A DNA stretch of 64,000 nt from Mobula hypostoma. Taxonomy: Eukaryota. Below are positions 12,722 through 26,100 of the stretch, in pieces. Location of the stretch: NCBI RefSeq assembly GCF_963921235.1, contig NC_086097.1, positions 44,704,001-44,768,000 on the forward strand, written 5' to 3'. The position numbers and the translations under genes are program-made. The notes beneath the pieces were generated by a model that worked only from the letters and a program-made list of their open reading frames with translations, searched no databases and was not told the origin of the DNA. How positions within the stretch are numbered: position 1 is the first letter of the stretch; each line of letters begins with the position of its first letter.

Positions 12722-14160
12722 AGACACAAGAGACGGCAGATGCTGGAAATCTGGAGCAATGCACACAAAATGCTGGAGAAACTCAGCAGGTCAAGCAGCA
12801 TCTATTGAATGAATGGTTGACGTGTTAGGCTGAGACCCTTCATCAGGACTGGAAAGAAGGTTAGCAAAAGCCAGAAAAAAAGGGGGGAGGGGAGGAGCTC
12901 AAGCTGTGGTAATACATAAATCCAGGTGGGGGGGGGGAAGGTAGGAAGGGGGGGAGGGGGACAAGTGGGAAGCTGGGAGGTGATAGGTGAAAGAGCCAAA
13001 GGGCTGAAGAAGGAGGAATCTGATAGGAGAGGATAGTGAACTATGGAATAAAGTGAAGGTGAGAAACCAGAAGGAGAAAAGTGTACGCAATGGGCAGGAG
13101 ACCAGAAAGAGAAGAGAAAAGGAGCCAGAGGGATAAGGGAGTATAACAAGGATGACTGGGGAACAAAAGGAGGGCAGCTAGAGAAATTGATGTTGATGCC
13201 ATCAGGTTGGAGATAGCAAGAAGTAATATAAGATGTTGCTCCTTCAATCTGAATCTGGCATCCATGTTCAGTAGAAGAAACTGTGGAATAGGAAGTGGAA
13301 TTAAAATGGCTGTGGGAGATGTTGCTGTTGTAATAGATGAACCAAAGGTGCTCAATGATGTGATCCCTCAATCTGTGTTGGGTCTCATCAATATAAAGGT
13401 AGCCACACTGGATATAATAAATGACCCTAATGGATTGGAATGTGAAGTGCTGCCTCGCCTGTAAGGACTGCTTATTAGGGCCCTGAATGATGGTAAGGGA
13501 GGGGTTGTAGGGACAGGTGTAAAGCCCAATTTATACTTCGTCAAATGTACGCCGTAGGTACCGCATATCCTACACCATAGGGTGACGTGCACCTCCCCAA
13601 AAATGTAACTCGTGTTGTGGCGACGCAGACCGCAACAACTGTGATTGGTCGGCTTGGTAGCATCGCATTTCCTCCTACGCATTTCCGGTTGCTTTTCTAC
13701 GCCATGTCTGTACACCGATGCGAAATAAATGGTTGGGGACGATGAACCAAATTGTCAAATCTACCTGCTGACATCTGAAAATACAAATGTTTGTATTTGA
13801 AATGCATTTCCTTGCCCGTGTCTCTCATGAAGAAACTCAACACAGTGGCATAGAAACCCCACCGCCAACTAGCGTTTTGGCGGTGAATTGCAGAGCAACA
13901 CAGACACAACTACACATGCTCGCTACGGCGTAGGGCTACGCAAAAGTATAAATCAGGCCTACGACGTAGCCCAAATGCGCAAGTATAAATTAGCCATAAC
14001 ACTTAGCACGGTTGCAGGGATCAGTGCCTGGAGGTAGATTAATGGGGAAGGATGAGCGGACAAGTGAGTCACACAGAGAGCAATTCCTGCAGAAAGTGTA
14101 GGAGGGAGGGGAAGATGTGCCCAGTGATGCAATCTCATTAGAGATGGCAAAAGTTGCAGA
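12722..14160 (-). mobile_element. Penelope-like element fragment (GIY-YIG C-terminus and terminal repeat), interrupted by a MITE
   Basis: Frameshifted SHFNSTS..RFRLKEQHLI..LQPDGININFS typical of the PLE GIY-YIG end; purine/pyrimidine-biased tract; degenerate hammerhead motif at ~12817-12852. Confidence 0.75.
13523..13996. mobile_element. PIF/Harbinger-like MITE
   Basis: TIRs AGCCCAATTTATACTT / AAGTATAAATTAGCCA; TAA at 13520-13522 and 13997-13999; subterminal TACG..CGTAG repeats. Confidence 0.8.
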
Positions 14161-15133
14161 TGTAACTGACACCGAAGGTGAAATTAAATTTAAAAGTGTA
14201 ATGTGGAAAGATCACGCAATTTAAAAACCTCATGTAAGCCTGAGGAACAGCACTTGTTCTTCAGACTAGCCACATTGCAGTCCCTGGAACCTGATGCTGA
14301 ATTCAACAATTTCAAATAATCAGCCATTCCTGTTTTTTTTAATTTGAACTGGCCAGTTCTAATGCAATCAACTAAAAATGTCAACAATTTTTTTTCTTGA
14401 ATATACTGGAGAAAAGCAAAGAAAAGTTGTTTGCATCTCCAATTTAACAGAAGTTTGATGCCTTGATTGGAAAGTTCAAAGGTCAAATTTAATGTCTGAG
14501 AAATGTATACAATATACATCCTGAAATGCTTTGGAGTCATGGAGTTTTCACCAGTGGAGCTTTCGAGATGATTTTCAGACTCCATATTAAGTTCTTAAGG
14601 GCAGACACTCCATTTTACAAACTACTGGTAGTAAAGTTTGATAAATGAAATGGAAGAGATTTAGGCCTGCTTCTCATCTGGTGGAATAAAAGAGGTACAA
14701 AAATACAGAGAATTTCCATACCCTACATAATCAACTACATATAGAGAAAAACTGACATCAAGCAGAAAACAAACCCAACATCCCTTCCTTCTATATCAAC
14801 CTAGAAGACAAGAACCATATTATTCATTCCAGGGCAGGCAACTTTGGTTATGGATGTAGCATTTGCATATAAGCAAATTATACATTCTTTAGCTTTTAGT
14901 CACCATATTGTCAAATAATGTTTCAAAGACTTTTCTGTAAATAAAGTTCCTTCTCATGTCCTACTAGATGAAATCAGATCATTCAATTTAACAGAATTGG
15001 GTTGTGTTCCATTTAACTCAATAATGGCAGAACTAGAATCATGCTAAGTAAAGCTCAATATTTGTATTCTCTCCCCCCGCCCCCCCCCCCACCAACCGAC
15101 GAAAACTCAGCAAGCATACAGAGATTGGTTAAA

Positions 15134-16967
15134 GAATCAGGATCAGATTTGTTATCACCGGCATGTGACGCGAAATTTGTAAACTTAGCAGCAGCAGTTC
15201 AATGCAATACATAATCTAGCAGAGAGAGAAAAAAATAAAACAAAACATAATAAATAAACAAGTAAATCAATTACGTATATTGAATCGGTTATTAAAAATG
15301 TGCAAAAACAGAAATACTGTATATTAAAAAAGTGAGGTAGTGTCCAAAGCTTCAATGTCCATTTAGGAATCGGATGACAGAGGGGAAGAAGCTGTTTCTG
15401 AATTGCTGAGTGTGTGCCTTCAGGCTTCTGTACCTCCTACCTGATGGTAACAGTGAGAAAAGGGCATGCCCTGGGTGCTGGAGGTCTTTAATAATGGATG
15501 CTGCCTTTCTGAGACACCGCTCCCTAAAGATGTCCTGGGTATTTTGTAGGCTAGTGCCCAAGATGGAGCTGACTAGATTTACAACCCGCTGCAGCTTCTT
15601 CACTCCTATGCAGTAGCTCCCCATACCAGACAGTGATGCAGCCTGTCAGAATGCTCTCCACAGTACAACTACAGAAGTTTTTGAGTGTATTTGTTGACAT
15701 GCCAAATCACTTCAAACTCCTAATAAAGTATAGCCTCTGTCTTGCCTTCTTTATGACTTTATCAATGTGTTTGGACCAGGTAAGATCCTCAGATCTTGAC
15801 ACCCAGGAACTTGAAGCTGCTCACTCTCTCTACTTATGATCCCTCTATGAGGATTGGTATATGTTCCTTTGTCTTACCCTTCCTGAAGTTCACAATGAGC
15901 TCTTTCGTCTTACTAACGTTGAGTGCCAGGTTTTTGCTGCGACACCACTCCACTAGTTGGCATATCTCACTCCTGTGTGCCCTCTCGTCACCTGAGATTC
16001 TATCAACAATGGTTGTATCACCAGCAAATTTATAGATGGTATTTGAGCAATGCCTAGCCACGCAGTCATGTGTATACAGAGAGTAGAGCAGTGGGCTAAG
16101 CACACACCCCTGAGGTGCACCAGTGTTGATAGTCAGTGAAGAGGATATGTTATCACCAATCCGCACAGATTGTGGTTTTCCGCTTAGGAAGTTGAGGATC
16201 CAATTGCAGAGGGAGGTACAGAGGCCCAGGTTCTGCAACTTCTCAATCAGGATTGTGAGAATGATAGTATTAAATGCTGAGCTATGGTCAATGAACAGCA
16301 TCCTGACGTAGGTGTTTGCGTTGTCTAGGTGGTCTAAAGCTGTGTGAAGAGCCATGGAGATTGCGTCTGCCATTGATCTATCGTGATGATAGGCAAATTG
16401 CAATGGGTCCAGGTTCTTGCTGAGGCAGGAGTTCAGTCTAGTCATAACCAACCTCTCAAAGCATTTCATCACTGTCGATGTGAGTGCTACTGGGTGATAG
16501 TCATTAAAGCAGCAATTATTATTCTTTTTTGACACCGTTATAATTGTTGCCTTTTTGAAGCAAGTGGGGACTTCTGCATGTAGCAGTGAGAGGTTGGAAA
16601 TGTCCTTGAATACTCCCGCTAGTTGGTTGGCACAGGTTTTCAGAGCCTTACCAGGTACTCCATTGGGACCTTCTGCCTTGTGAGGGTTCACTCTCTTTAA
16701 ACACAGTCTAACATCGGCCTCTGAGACAGAGATCTCAGGGTCATCAGGTGCAGCAGGGATCTTCACAGCTGTAGTTGTGTTCTCCCTTTCAAAGCATGCA
16801 TAGAAGGCATTGGGTTCTTCTGGCAGTGAAGCATCGCTGCTATTCATACTATTGGGTTTCACTTTGTAGGAAGTAATGTCTTGCAGTCCCTGCCAGAGTT
16901 GCTGTGCATCTGATACCGCCTCCAACCTCGTTCAAAATTGTCCCTTTGCCCTTGAAATAGCCCTCCA
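15134..16967 (-). mobile_element. 5'-truncated Rex1/Babar-like LINE with RT domain
   Basis: 363-aa ORF 15834-16925 with NDYHPVALTS, LQFAY, GAPQGCVLSPLLYSLYTHDC, KFAGD (degenerate FADD); C-terminal HPGHALFSLLPSGRRYRS; (GAATCAG)-type tail. Confidence 0.9.
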
Positions 16968-18049
16968 TTTAACAGACACTACCATCCACAAAGGGGAAAC
17001 CCCTTGATATTTCAAGCCAAAGTAGACGAAACCTCCTAAGATTGTTGCCTGATATAATAACTTAGCTTACACATTCAATTATTCTTATTCCCTCCCACCC
17101 CAAGTGCCAAGTAATCAAAATGGGGGAAACCTCATACATTATATTTGTGGAAACAGATTTTTAAAAACTTATTGGGTTTGTTTACACGTCGTCAACTGGT
17201 ATTGTGTAACTTTCCAAATGAGCCTGATCATTAAGCTGGTGTAAGAGAGTGACCTTCTAAGGACATGCTTCTGTTCCAACAGTCAGAGCGAATTCCTGCA
17301 AGTTAATGTGGGTCGGAAAACAGTCTGCATGCCAGAGGTGTTTTTGTAGCTAACTTTATTATGTGTAGAGTATACACAATTTTAAAACTGCCAGAATACT
17401 CTAAATAACAACTGGTCATGTCTGTCATCTTTAAATATCTAGATGTATGCCATACTTATTTTAGTGCTACATTTTGCATGAAGTGGAATATCTGAAGCAA
17501 GAGCAAAAACAAAAGCTATAATGGCTCACAGGGACATGTTGAAAAAACTAAGGAGATGAGTTGACACCTGTAGTATTATGGGATGTATTGAGCTAGTATG
17601 TACTTTTGAAGAACATTGTGCGCCAGAATACAGGGTTAGGATTCAAATCAGCCATTATTAAATGGTAATACAGGCCAAACTGGCTGAACAATTTCCTCCT
17701 GCCCCTAATTTGTATGTTCATGCAAATTATGTTCATATATTTGTGTGCTGAATTAAACAGCGTCTCTTACAAGGACATTGCAGAAACATTGAGAAACATT
17801 TTAATTCCGTTCCTATGTAATTGAGGGCCAGTAGAAAGAGTTGCCTAGCTAAGATACTGGATAAAAGGTGCATTTTTCAGAAATATTTAGATCCAATACT
17901 GAAATTGTTAGCAAGTTGAGAAAATTGAAGCAGAACAGTTTGACATGCTGGATGTTACATTTGAAAGTGCAGGATAAAAAAGGCCCACAGCATGAAGATG
18001 TATTTTGGTGGGGGGGGGGAAATAAAAGGTAAAAAAAAAAAGTTTTGAT

Positions 18050-19285
18050 CAGGGCATTCTGCGTGAAGGACAGTGACCAGTGGTGTTCAGCCGTCTGGGG
18101 CCCCTGCAGCTTATAATTTTTTTATAAATGACTTGGAAAGGCATGTTGGTAAGATGATGCAAAAGTTGGTAGTCTTGTGGATATGTTACAACAAGATATT
18201 GATAGGACGCCGAGATGGGCTGAGAAGTGGAAGATGGAGTTCAATCTGGAAAAGTGTGAAATGATTCACTTTGGAAGCTCGAACAAGATTAATGGCAGAA
18301 TTCTTAGCGGTGTGGAGGAACAGCGGGGTCTTGGGATCCGTGTCTATATATTACTCAGATGTGTAGCTCAAGTTGGTAACGTTAAACGTTGATTTATACT
18401 TGTGTGTACTAGCTTGTTCCATAGCTTACGCAAGTGGGCTATGCCGTTGTGAGCATTTATACCTGTGCGTTGGTGTGTCTGCGTCGCTCTGCAATTCGTG
18501 CACATTATGCATATGCACACAGCTGCCCGTGCAAGGCTTCATGGTCACGGTAGTCTTTCTCGGGGTAAACAAGTTTAAAGCGAGCATCTTTTTTCGTAAA
18601 AGTGAAATGTGTCCTCCATAATTTTGGAGGTCTGTAAAGCTTTATGGAAAGCATTGCAGCCAGAGTTCCTTCCCTGCCCCTCAGTCGCGCAATGGGAAGC
18701 TATTACAGCATAGGAGGAAATGCGATGCTACCAAGCGGACCAATCACAGTTGTTGTGGTCTGTGTTGCCGCGACGCATAGTTACATTTTGGGAGAGGTGC
18801 GCGTCAGGCTACGGCGTAGGGATCCACGTAGGCACTGCGTAGGGTTCACAGTTACGCCATACCTACGGCGTCGATTTGAAGCCTAGTATAAATCAGCCTT
18901 TAGATGCCATATGGTGTATTGGTCATCATTAGTTGGGGGATTGAGTTCAAGAGCCACAAGATAATGTTACAGCTCTATACAACTCTGGTTAGATCACATT
19001 TGAAGTATTGTGTTCAGTTCTGGTTGCCTCTTTATAGAAAGAATGCAGAAGCTTTACAGAGGAGATTTACCAGTATGCTGCTTGGATTAGAGAACACCTA
19101 TTATGTGCAGAGGTTGAGTGAGGCAGGGCTTTTATCTGTGGAGCGAAGGAGGATGAGAGGTGAATTAATAAAGGTGTATAAGATCATAAGAGGAGCCGGA
19201 CAGTGGACAGTCGGTGCCTGTTACACAGGGAGGAAATGGCTGATAATTTTAAGGAGGGAAGTATAAGGGGAATGTCAGAGCTAGG
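18050..19285 (+). mobile_element. Old CR1 fragment (RT 3' half) interrupted by a MITE
   Basis: WAEKWKMEFNLEKCE and LVRSHLKYCVQFW motifs on either side of 18386-18899. Confidence 0.85.
18386..18899. mobile_element. PIF/Harbinger-like MITE related to 13523-13996
   Basis: TIRs ACGTTGATTTATACT / AGTATAAATCAGCCT; TWA flanks; 18708-18899 resembles the reverse complement of 13523-13680. Confidence 0.8.
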
Positions 19286-20008
19286 TTATAATCAGTCTAT
19301 CATTTGCCTTCACATTTTCTTTTGGCTCATTGTCTCAGGCTTTGTTTGATAACACACCTGTGAGGGCCTTGCATTGTTCTGCTGTCATAACAGTAGTGTT
19401 TATAAGTTCACATTGATGTTTTGTCCAAGTTATTTACTGTAAATAGTTCCTTTTGCCAGTGAATTATCTTTTATTCCATGATACTTGTTCCTCAGAGATG
19501 AACTGGTTCATGCTAATTGTGCAAAGATGTTTGCTTCATGTTTTGGGAAGGGCTAAACATCACAAAGTTAAGTTCTGCTTTCTCGGTGTGTGTTTGGACC
19601 AGCGAGTCTTTATTCTGTGCTGTCCAGTTCCACAGAATAGATGTGTGAACCGTTATTCCTTTTTGGAGAGAAGATTCTTGGTGGATGAATCAAGTGAAGC
19701 TATCACTTTATTTATCTTGTAAGCCAAATCAAATCGTAATGTGTGTGTTTTTTTTTTGGACCATTTCGGGAGCTCTTCATAGATGAAGTGTTTAAAACCA
19801 GCCCACTGTATATTAGTTTTGCCACCTGAATTACAGTCGAATTGTAAGTACCTCAACGTACTATATCTTCATCTGATATTCATGATTTCAGTTTGTTTTG
19901 AATACAATTCTGAGCATTGATGTGCAGCCAGAACCATAATTAGTATTAAATAGATATCAGCCAGTGAGAACAGTGAGAAGAGTTTAAAGGGAGATGGTTA
20001 TTTCTTCA

Positions 20009-20135
20009 ACACACATCAAAGTTGCTGGTGAACGCAGCAGGCCAGGCAGCATCTCTAGGAAGAGGTACAGTCGATGTTTCAGGCCGAGACCCTTCGTCAG
20101 GACTAACTGAAGGAAGAGTTAGTAAGAGATTTTGG
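20009..20135 (-). mobile_element. Short Penelope-like terminal-repeat insertion in the CR1 5' UTR
   Basis: Similar to ends of the other PLE copies; flanked by TTTCTTCA at 20001-20008 and 20136-20143. Confidence 0.7.
20069..20104 (-). ncRNA. Minimal hammerhead ribozyme motif (PLE-type)
   Basis: Minus strand AGTC-CTGACGA-AGGGTCTCGGCCT-GAAA-C-ATC-GACT: stem I AGTC/GACT, CUGANGA and GAAA core boxes, short stem II, NUH triplet. Confidence 0.6.
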
Positions 20136-23100
20136 TTTCTTCAGTGGGTTGATTGGGGCACGACTACACAAGCGTGTGGATGTCAGCCAGTGAGAACAGT
20201 GAGAAGAGTTTAAAAGGAGACACCTTATAGAGCGGGTGTCAGAGGAGCAGGCATCAGAGTAGAGGGAGACAGAGTAGGAAGGCTTTGGCTCAATGGGGCT
20301 CAGGTGTTAACGGGTTGAGGCGAGGTAGGTTGCCTGAGTAGAATACAGACAAGAAGAATGTGGGTAAGGCTGGTTTTCTGTGCTCAGTGTCAGGTGTGGG
20401 AGCTCCGGGAGACTCCCAACCTCCTGGACGGCCACATCTGCGCCAGGTGCGTCGAACTGCAGCTCCTTAGGGACTGTGTTAGGGAACTGGAGATGCAGCT
20501 CAATGACCTTTGTCTGGTCAGGGAGAGTGAGGAGGTGATAGAGAGGAGCTATATGCAGGTAGTCACACCAGGACCTGGGGAGACAGATAAGTGGGTAACA
20601 GTCAGGAGAGGGAAGGGTAGGAGTCGAAGGCTGTCGGGGGGGCTGGCCTACCTGGGGGAAGCAACAGTAGCTGCGCCTCTGGCACAGAGTCTGGCCCTGT
20701 GGCTCAGAAGAGTAAGGAAAGGAAGAGGATGGCAGCAGTGATAAGGGACTCTATAGTTAGGGGGTCAGACAGGCGATTCTGTGGACGCAGGAAAGAAACA
20801 TGGATGGTAGTGTGCCTTCAGGTGCCAGGGTCCGGGATGTTTCTGATCACATCCAAGATATCCTGAAGTGGGAAGGAGAACAGCCAGAGGTCATGGTACA
20901 TATTGGTACCAGCGACATAGGCAGGAAAAGGGAGGAGGTCCTGAAAGCAGACTACAGGGAGTTAGGAAGGAAGTTGAGAAGCAGGACCACAAAGGTAGTC
21001 ATCTCAGGATTACTGCCTGTGACACATGACAGTGAGTATAGGAATAGAGTGAGGCGGAGGATAAATGCGTGGATGAGGGATTGGAGCAGGGGGCACAGAT
21101 TCAGATTTCTGGATCATTGGGACCCCTTTTGGGGCAGAAGTGACCTGTACAAAAAGGATGGGTTGCACTTGAATCCCAGGGGGACAAATATCCTGGTGGG
21201 GAGGTTTGCTAAGGCTGTTGGGGAGAGTTTAGGATTGCTGAGTGGGAACCAAACTGAAGAGACGGAGGAAGAGGCGGTTAGCTCACAAATAGAGAAAGCT
21301 TGGAGACAGTGTGAGAGGGAGGATAGGCAGGTGATAGAGAAGGGACACGCTCAGACTGATGGTTTGAGATGTGTCTATTTTAATGCAAAGAGTATTATGA
21401 ACAAAGTGGATGAGCTTAGAGTGTGGATCAGTACTTGGAGCTAATATGTTGTGGCCATTACAGAGACTTGAATGGCTCAGGGGCAGGAATGGCTACTTCA
21501 CGTGCCAGGCTTTAGATGTTAAAAGAACAGGAAGGGAGGCAAAAGAGGTGGGGGCGTGGCACTGTTGGTCAGAGATAGGGTCACGGCTGCAGAAAGGAAG
21601 GAAGACATGGAGGGATTGTCTATGGAGTCTCTGTGGGTGGAAGTTAGGAACAGGAATGGGTCAATAACTCGACTGGGTGTTTTTTACAGACCACCCAATA
21701 GTAACAGGGATATCTAGGAGCAGATAGGGAGACAGATTCTGGAAAAGTGTAATAATAACAGGATTGTCGTGGTGGGAGATTTTAATTTCCCAAATATTGA
21801 TTGGCATGTCCCGAGAGTGAGGGGTTTAGATGGGTTGAAGTTTGTTAGGTCTGCTCAAGAAGGTTCCTTGACACAATATGTAGATCAGTCTACAAAAAGA
21901 GAGGCTGAACTTGATCTGGTATTGGGAAATGACCCTGGTCAGGTGTCACATCTCTTAGTGGGAAAGCATTTTGGAGATAGTGATCACAATTCTATCTCCT
22001 TTACCATAGCATTGGAGAGGGATAGGAACAGACAAGTTACGGAAACATTTAATTGGAGTAAGGAGAAATACAGTACGAGGCTATCAGGCAGGAACTTGGA
22101 AGCATAAATTGAAAATAGATGTTCTCATTGAAATGTACGGAAGAAATGTGGCAAATGTTCAGGGGATATTTGCATGGAGTTCTGCTTAGGTACATACCAA
22201 TGAGACTGGGAAAGGATGGTAGGCTACACGAACCGTGGTGTACAAAGGCTGTTGTAAATTTAGTCAAGAAGAAAAGAACAGCTTATGAAAGGTTTGAAAA
22301 GCTAGGTAATGATAGAGAGCTAGAAAATTATAAGGCTAGCAGGAAGGAGCTCAGGAAAGAAATTAGGAGAGCCAGAAGGGGCCATGAGAAGGCCTTGGCA
22401 GACAGGATTAAGGAAAACCCCAAGGCATTCTACAAGTATGTGAAGAGCAAGAGGACAAGATGTGAGAGAATAGGACAAATCAAGTGTGACAGTGGAAAAG
22501 TGTGTATGGAACCGGAGGAGATAGCAGAGGTACTTAATGAATACTTTGCTTCAGTATTCACTACGGAAAAGGATCTTGGCAATTGTAGGGATGACTCATA
22601 GCGGACTGAAAAGCTTGAGCATGTAGATACTAAGAAAGAGGATGTGCAGGAGCTTTTGGAAAGCATCAAGTTGAACAAGTCACCGGGACCAGATGACATA
22701 TACACCAGGCTACTGTGGGAGACGAGGGAGGAGATTGCTGATCCTCTGGCGATGATCTTTGCATCATCAATGGGGATGGGAGAGGTTCCGGAGGACTGGA
22801 GGGTTGCAGATGTTGTTCCATTATTCTAGAAAGGGAGTAGAGATAGCCCAGGAAATTATAGACCAGTGAGTCTTCCTTCAGTGTTTGGTAAGTTGACGGA
22901 GAAGATTCTGAGAGGCAGGATTTATGAACATCTAGAGAGACATAATATGATTGGGAATAGTCAGCATGGCTTTGTGAAAGGCAGGTCTTGCCTTATGAGC
23001 CTGATTGAATTTTTTGAGGATGTAACTAAATGCATTGATGATGGTAGAGCAGTAGATGTAGTGTACATGGATTTCAGCAAGGCATTTGACAAGGTGGCAC

Positions 23101-26100
23101 ATGCAAGGCTTATTGAGAAAGTAAGGAGGCATGGGATCCAAGGGGAAATTGCTATGTGGATCCAGAATTGGCTTGCGCACAGAAGACAAGAGTGGTTGTA
23201 GATGGGTCATATTCTGCATGGAGGTCGGTGACCAGTGGTGTGCCTCAGGAATCTGTTCTGGGACCCCTACTCTTCGTGATTTTTATAAATGACCTGGATG
23301 AAGTGGAGGGATGGATTAGTAAATTTGTTGATGACACAAAGATTGGGGGTGTTGTGGATAGTGTGGAGGGCTGTCAGAGGTTACAGCGGAACGTTGATGG
23401 GATACAAAGTTGGGCTGAGAAGTGGCAGATGGAGTTCAACCCAGATAAGAATGAGGTGGTTCATTTTGGTCAAATATGATGACAGAATATAGTATTAATG
23501 GCAAGACTCTTGGCAGTTTGGAGGATCAGAGGGATCTTGGGGTCCAAGTCCATAGGACACTCAAAGCTGCTGCGCAGGTTGACTCTGTGGTTAAGAAAGC
23601 AGACGGTGTATTGGCCTTCATCAATCTCATGGGATTGAGTTTAGGGGCCGAGAGGTAATGTTGTAGCTATATAGGACCCTGCTCAGAACCCACTTGGAGT
23701 ACTGTGCTCAGTTCTGGTCGCCTCACTATAGGAAGGATGTGGAAGCCATAGAAAAGGTGCAGAGGAGATTTACAAGGATGTTGCCTGGATTGGGGAGCAT
23801 GTCTTATGAGAATAGGTTGAGTGAACTTGGCCTTTTCTCCTTGGAGCGATGGAGGATGAGAGGTGACCTGAAAGAGGTGTATAAGATGATGAGACGCATT
23901 GATAGTGTGGATAGTCAGAGGCTTTTTCCCAGGGCTGTAATGACTAACACACGAGGGCACAGTTTTAAGGTGCTTGGAAGTAGGTACAGAGGAGATGTCA
24001 GGGGTAAGTTTTTTACGCAGAGAGTGGTGAGTGAGTGCAGTGGGCTGCCGGCGACGGCAGTGGAGGCAGATACGATAGGGTATTTTAAGAGACTCCTGGA
24101 TAGGTACATGGAGCTTAAAAAATAGAGGGCAATGGGTAACCCTAGATAATTTCTAAAGTAAGGACATGCTTGGCACAGCTTGCCAAAGGGCCTGTATTGT
24201 ACTGTAGGTTTTCTATGTTTCTATTAATTTTGTTTTTTCTTTCAAAAACACACATGAATTTTAGATCTGTTTCTTTTAAGTAGTTCCTAACAGATTCGCA
24301 GAATAGCTTTTCTGAAAGCCCCAAAATTCAGACAGAACAAACCAGTGAGGGAATTACAAAAAACAGTCTTTGTATTGAGGTACTGAGTGTAACAGGTTCG
24401 ATTGATAGAGATTTCAGAATGAGACATGGGTCATTTGGACATCCTGCTGTGTATTGTGTTTGTTTTGTATTCTGGTATAATGTATATGCAAGTTTTTATA
24501 TGACATTCTAATATTTTTGGTAATGATTTACATTCAAGGATTTTAGATATGTGTATGAAGAAGGAAGTTATAGAATCATGGAACTTCTTACAGCAGGAAA
24601 GGAGTCCTTTTGGACTTGGAATTGGACTCCAGCACTGGTGTGTTCCTCCTCCAGCAGCTGTCTTCAACCTCACACCACACTCACCCTAACCTGACTTTGC
24701 TCTATCTGACTCATTTATTTCCTCTTTGTCTGCCTCCACCTGTCATTCACTTGCCACTGTCTCACAACTGCACCCGTACCTTCCCTAAATGCCGTAACCT
24801 GTCTGTCAACTTCTGCCCCTTCTCAGCCCATCAGTCACCTCAGTTTCGTCTCGCCGTTCACTTTCTCCTGCCCTCACCATTCGCGATCTAAAACTTCGAT
24901 TTCCTTTCCTCCCACAGATGCTGCTCGATTCACTGATCTCCCCTCGCGGATTGGCTGTTGCTCCAGATTCCAGCACCTGCAGTCTCTTGGGACTTCTCTG
25001 GAGTTTATGCCTGTCTCTGTAAGGGCAGCAGGTCCTGTTTCCTAGGTCTTAGCCCATAGCTCTCTCATTTCACCATCCTCTAGTTTCTATCCAGTTACCT
25101 TTTTAAAAATACTGTTTGAATTTCAACAATGCATTTTGAGTCATATTCCCTTGCTGCATGTTTCCTTTTCCTTGTGTCAATCATATTTTTATTACAATAA
25201 CCATAGATGTATGTTCTCTTCTTTAAAACCCTTCCAGCAATGTGAACAGCTTCTCTATGTCGAGACCTTTCATCGCTTTGAACAATGGTTACAAGTCTCA
25301 TATCAACTTCTCTAGAAAAAGAACAATACCAGTTTCTTTATTCTGTCTGCATTCCACAATTCCCTGATGTCAAGACCATTTACTTAATCCCTGATGCACT
25401 AAGGCCTTCATCTTTTAACTGACTTATGGTGATGAGAATTGAATGCTTCGTTCTTTTTTGGAGCTGAGTCAATCAATTATAAAGGATCCACATAGCCTAC
25501 TTGCTTTTGTATCCTGTGTTTCTACTTTAAAGTTCAGGATCCCACATGCCATTCTAATTGCTTTCTCTTCCTACCTTGCCACAAGTCTTTCTGGTCCTGC
25601 TTCACCTCAGTCCCAATTTGTCCACGCCTAACTATACTAAATCCATTCAGCAGTGTTCGTCTTGTATTGCACTGTCAATTCTTGTGAAATTTATATTAAG
25701 AAACATAAGCTGGTTTGCTTCTTTCAGCTATTGTGATTAGTTGTTGGATTAAATCAGTGGTTATATGGTTTCAAACAATTAAGGTAGAATTTCTTTTTGT
25801 TGGGTGGAGTACTTGGAAAAGTTAGCAAAGCATAAACATGTGCAATACAGTTCTCAGTTGTATTATTTACCTGGCGTGCTTTCAATAAGGCATTGCCAAA
25901 GTCTGACTAACAATCAATTTGCAGCCTAAGTAGAGCCAATCCCTTTCTTCTTGGTTTCACATCCTCTGCACGCAATAGGAGTCTGGTTCCTTTCCAGTGG
26001 AGCCGGGGCATGTTTTTAACATCTATAAACTGCCGCTCACCTGTAAAGGTGCCTTCGTATGATCGGCTGTTCATATCCTGTCCTGTGGGTCAGTTTGAAT

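Larger units (their letters stand above)
19957..24223 (+). mobile_element. Near full-length CR1 LINE (subfamily B): 5' UTR, ORF1 (zinc finger/coiled coil + SGNH esterase), ORF2 (APE + RT), all disrupted
   Basis: ORF1 CAQC..CARC + leucine heptads (20358-), GARVRD, HIGTSD, DGLHL; ORF2 NAKSIMNK, GDFNFP, QHGF, GVPQESVLGP, FVDD; TTCTATGT tail at ~24211-24223. Confidence 0.95.
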
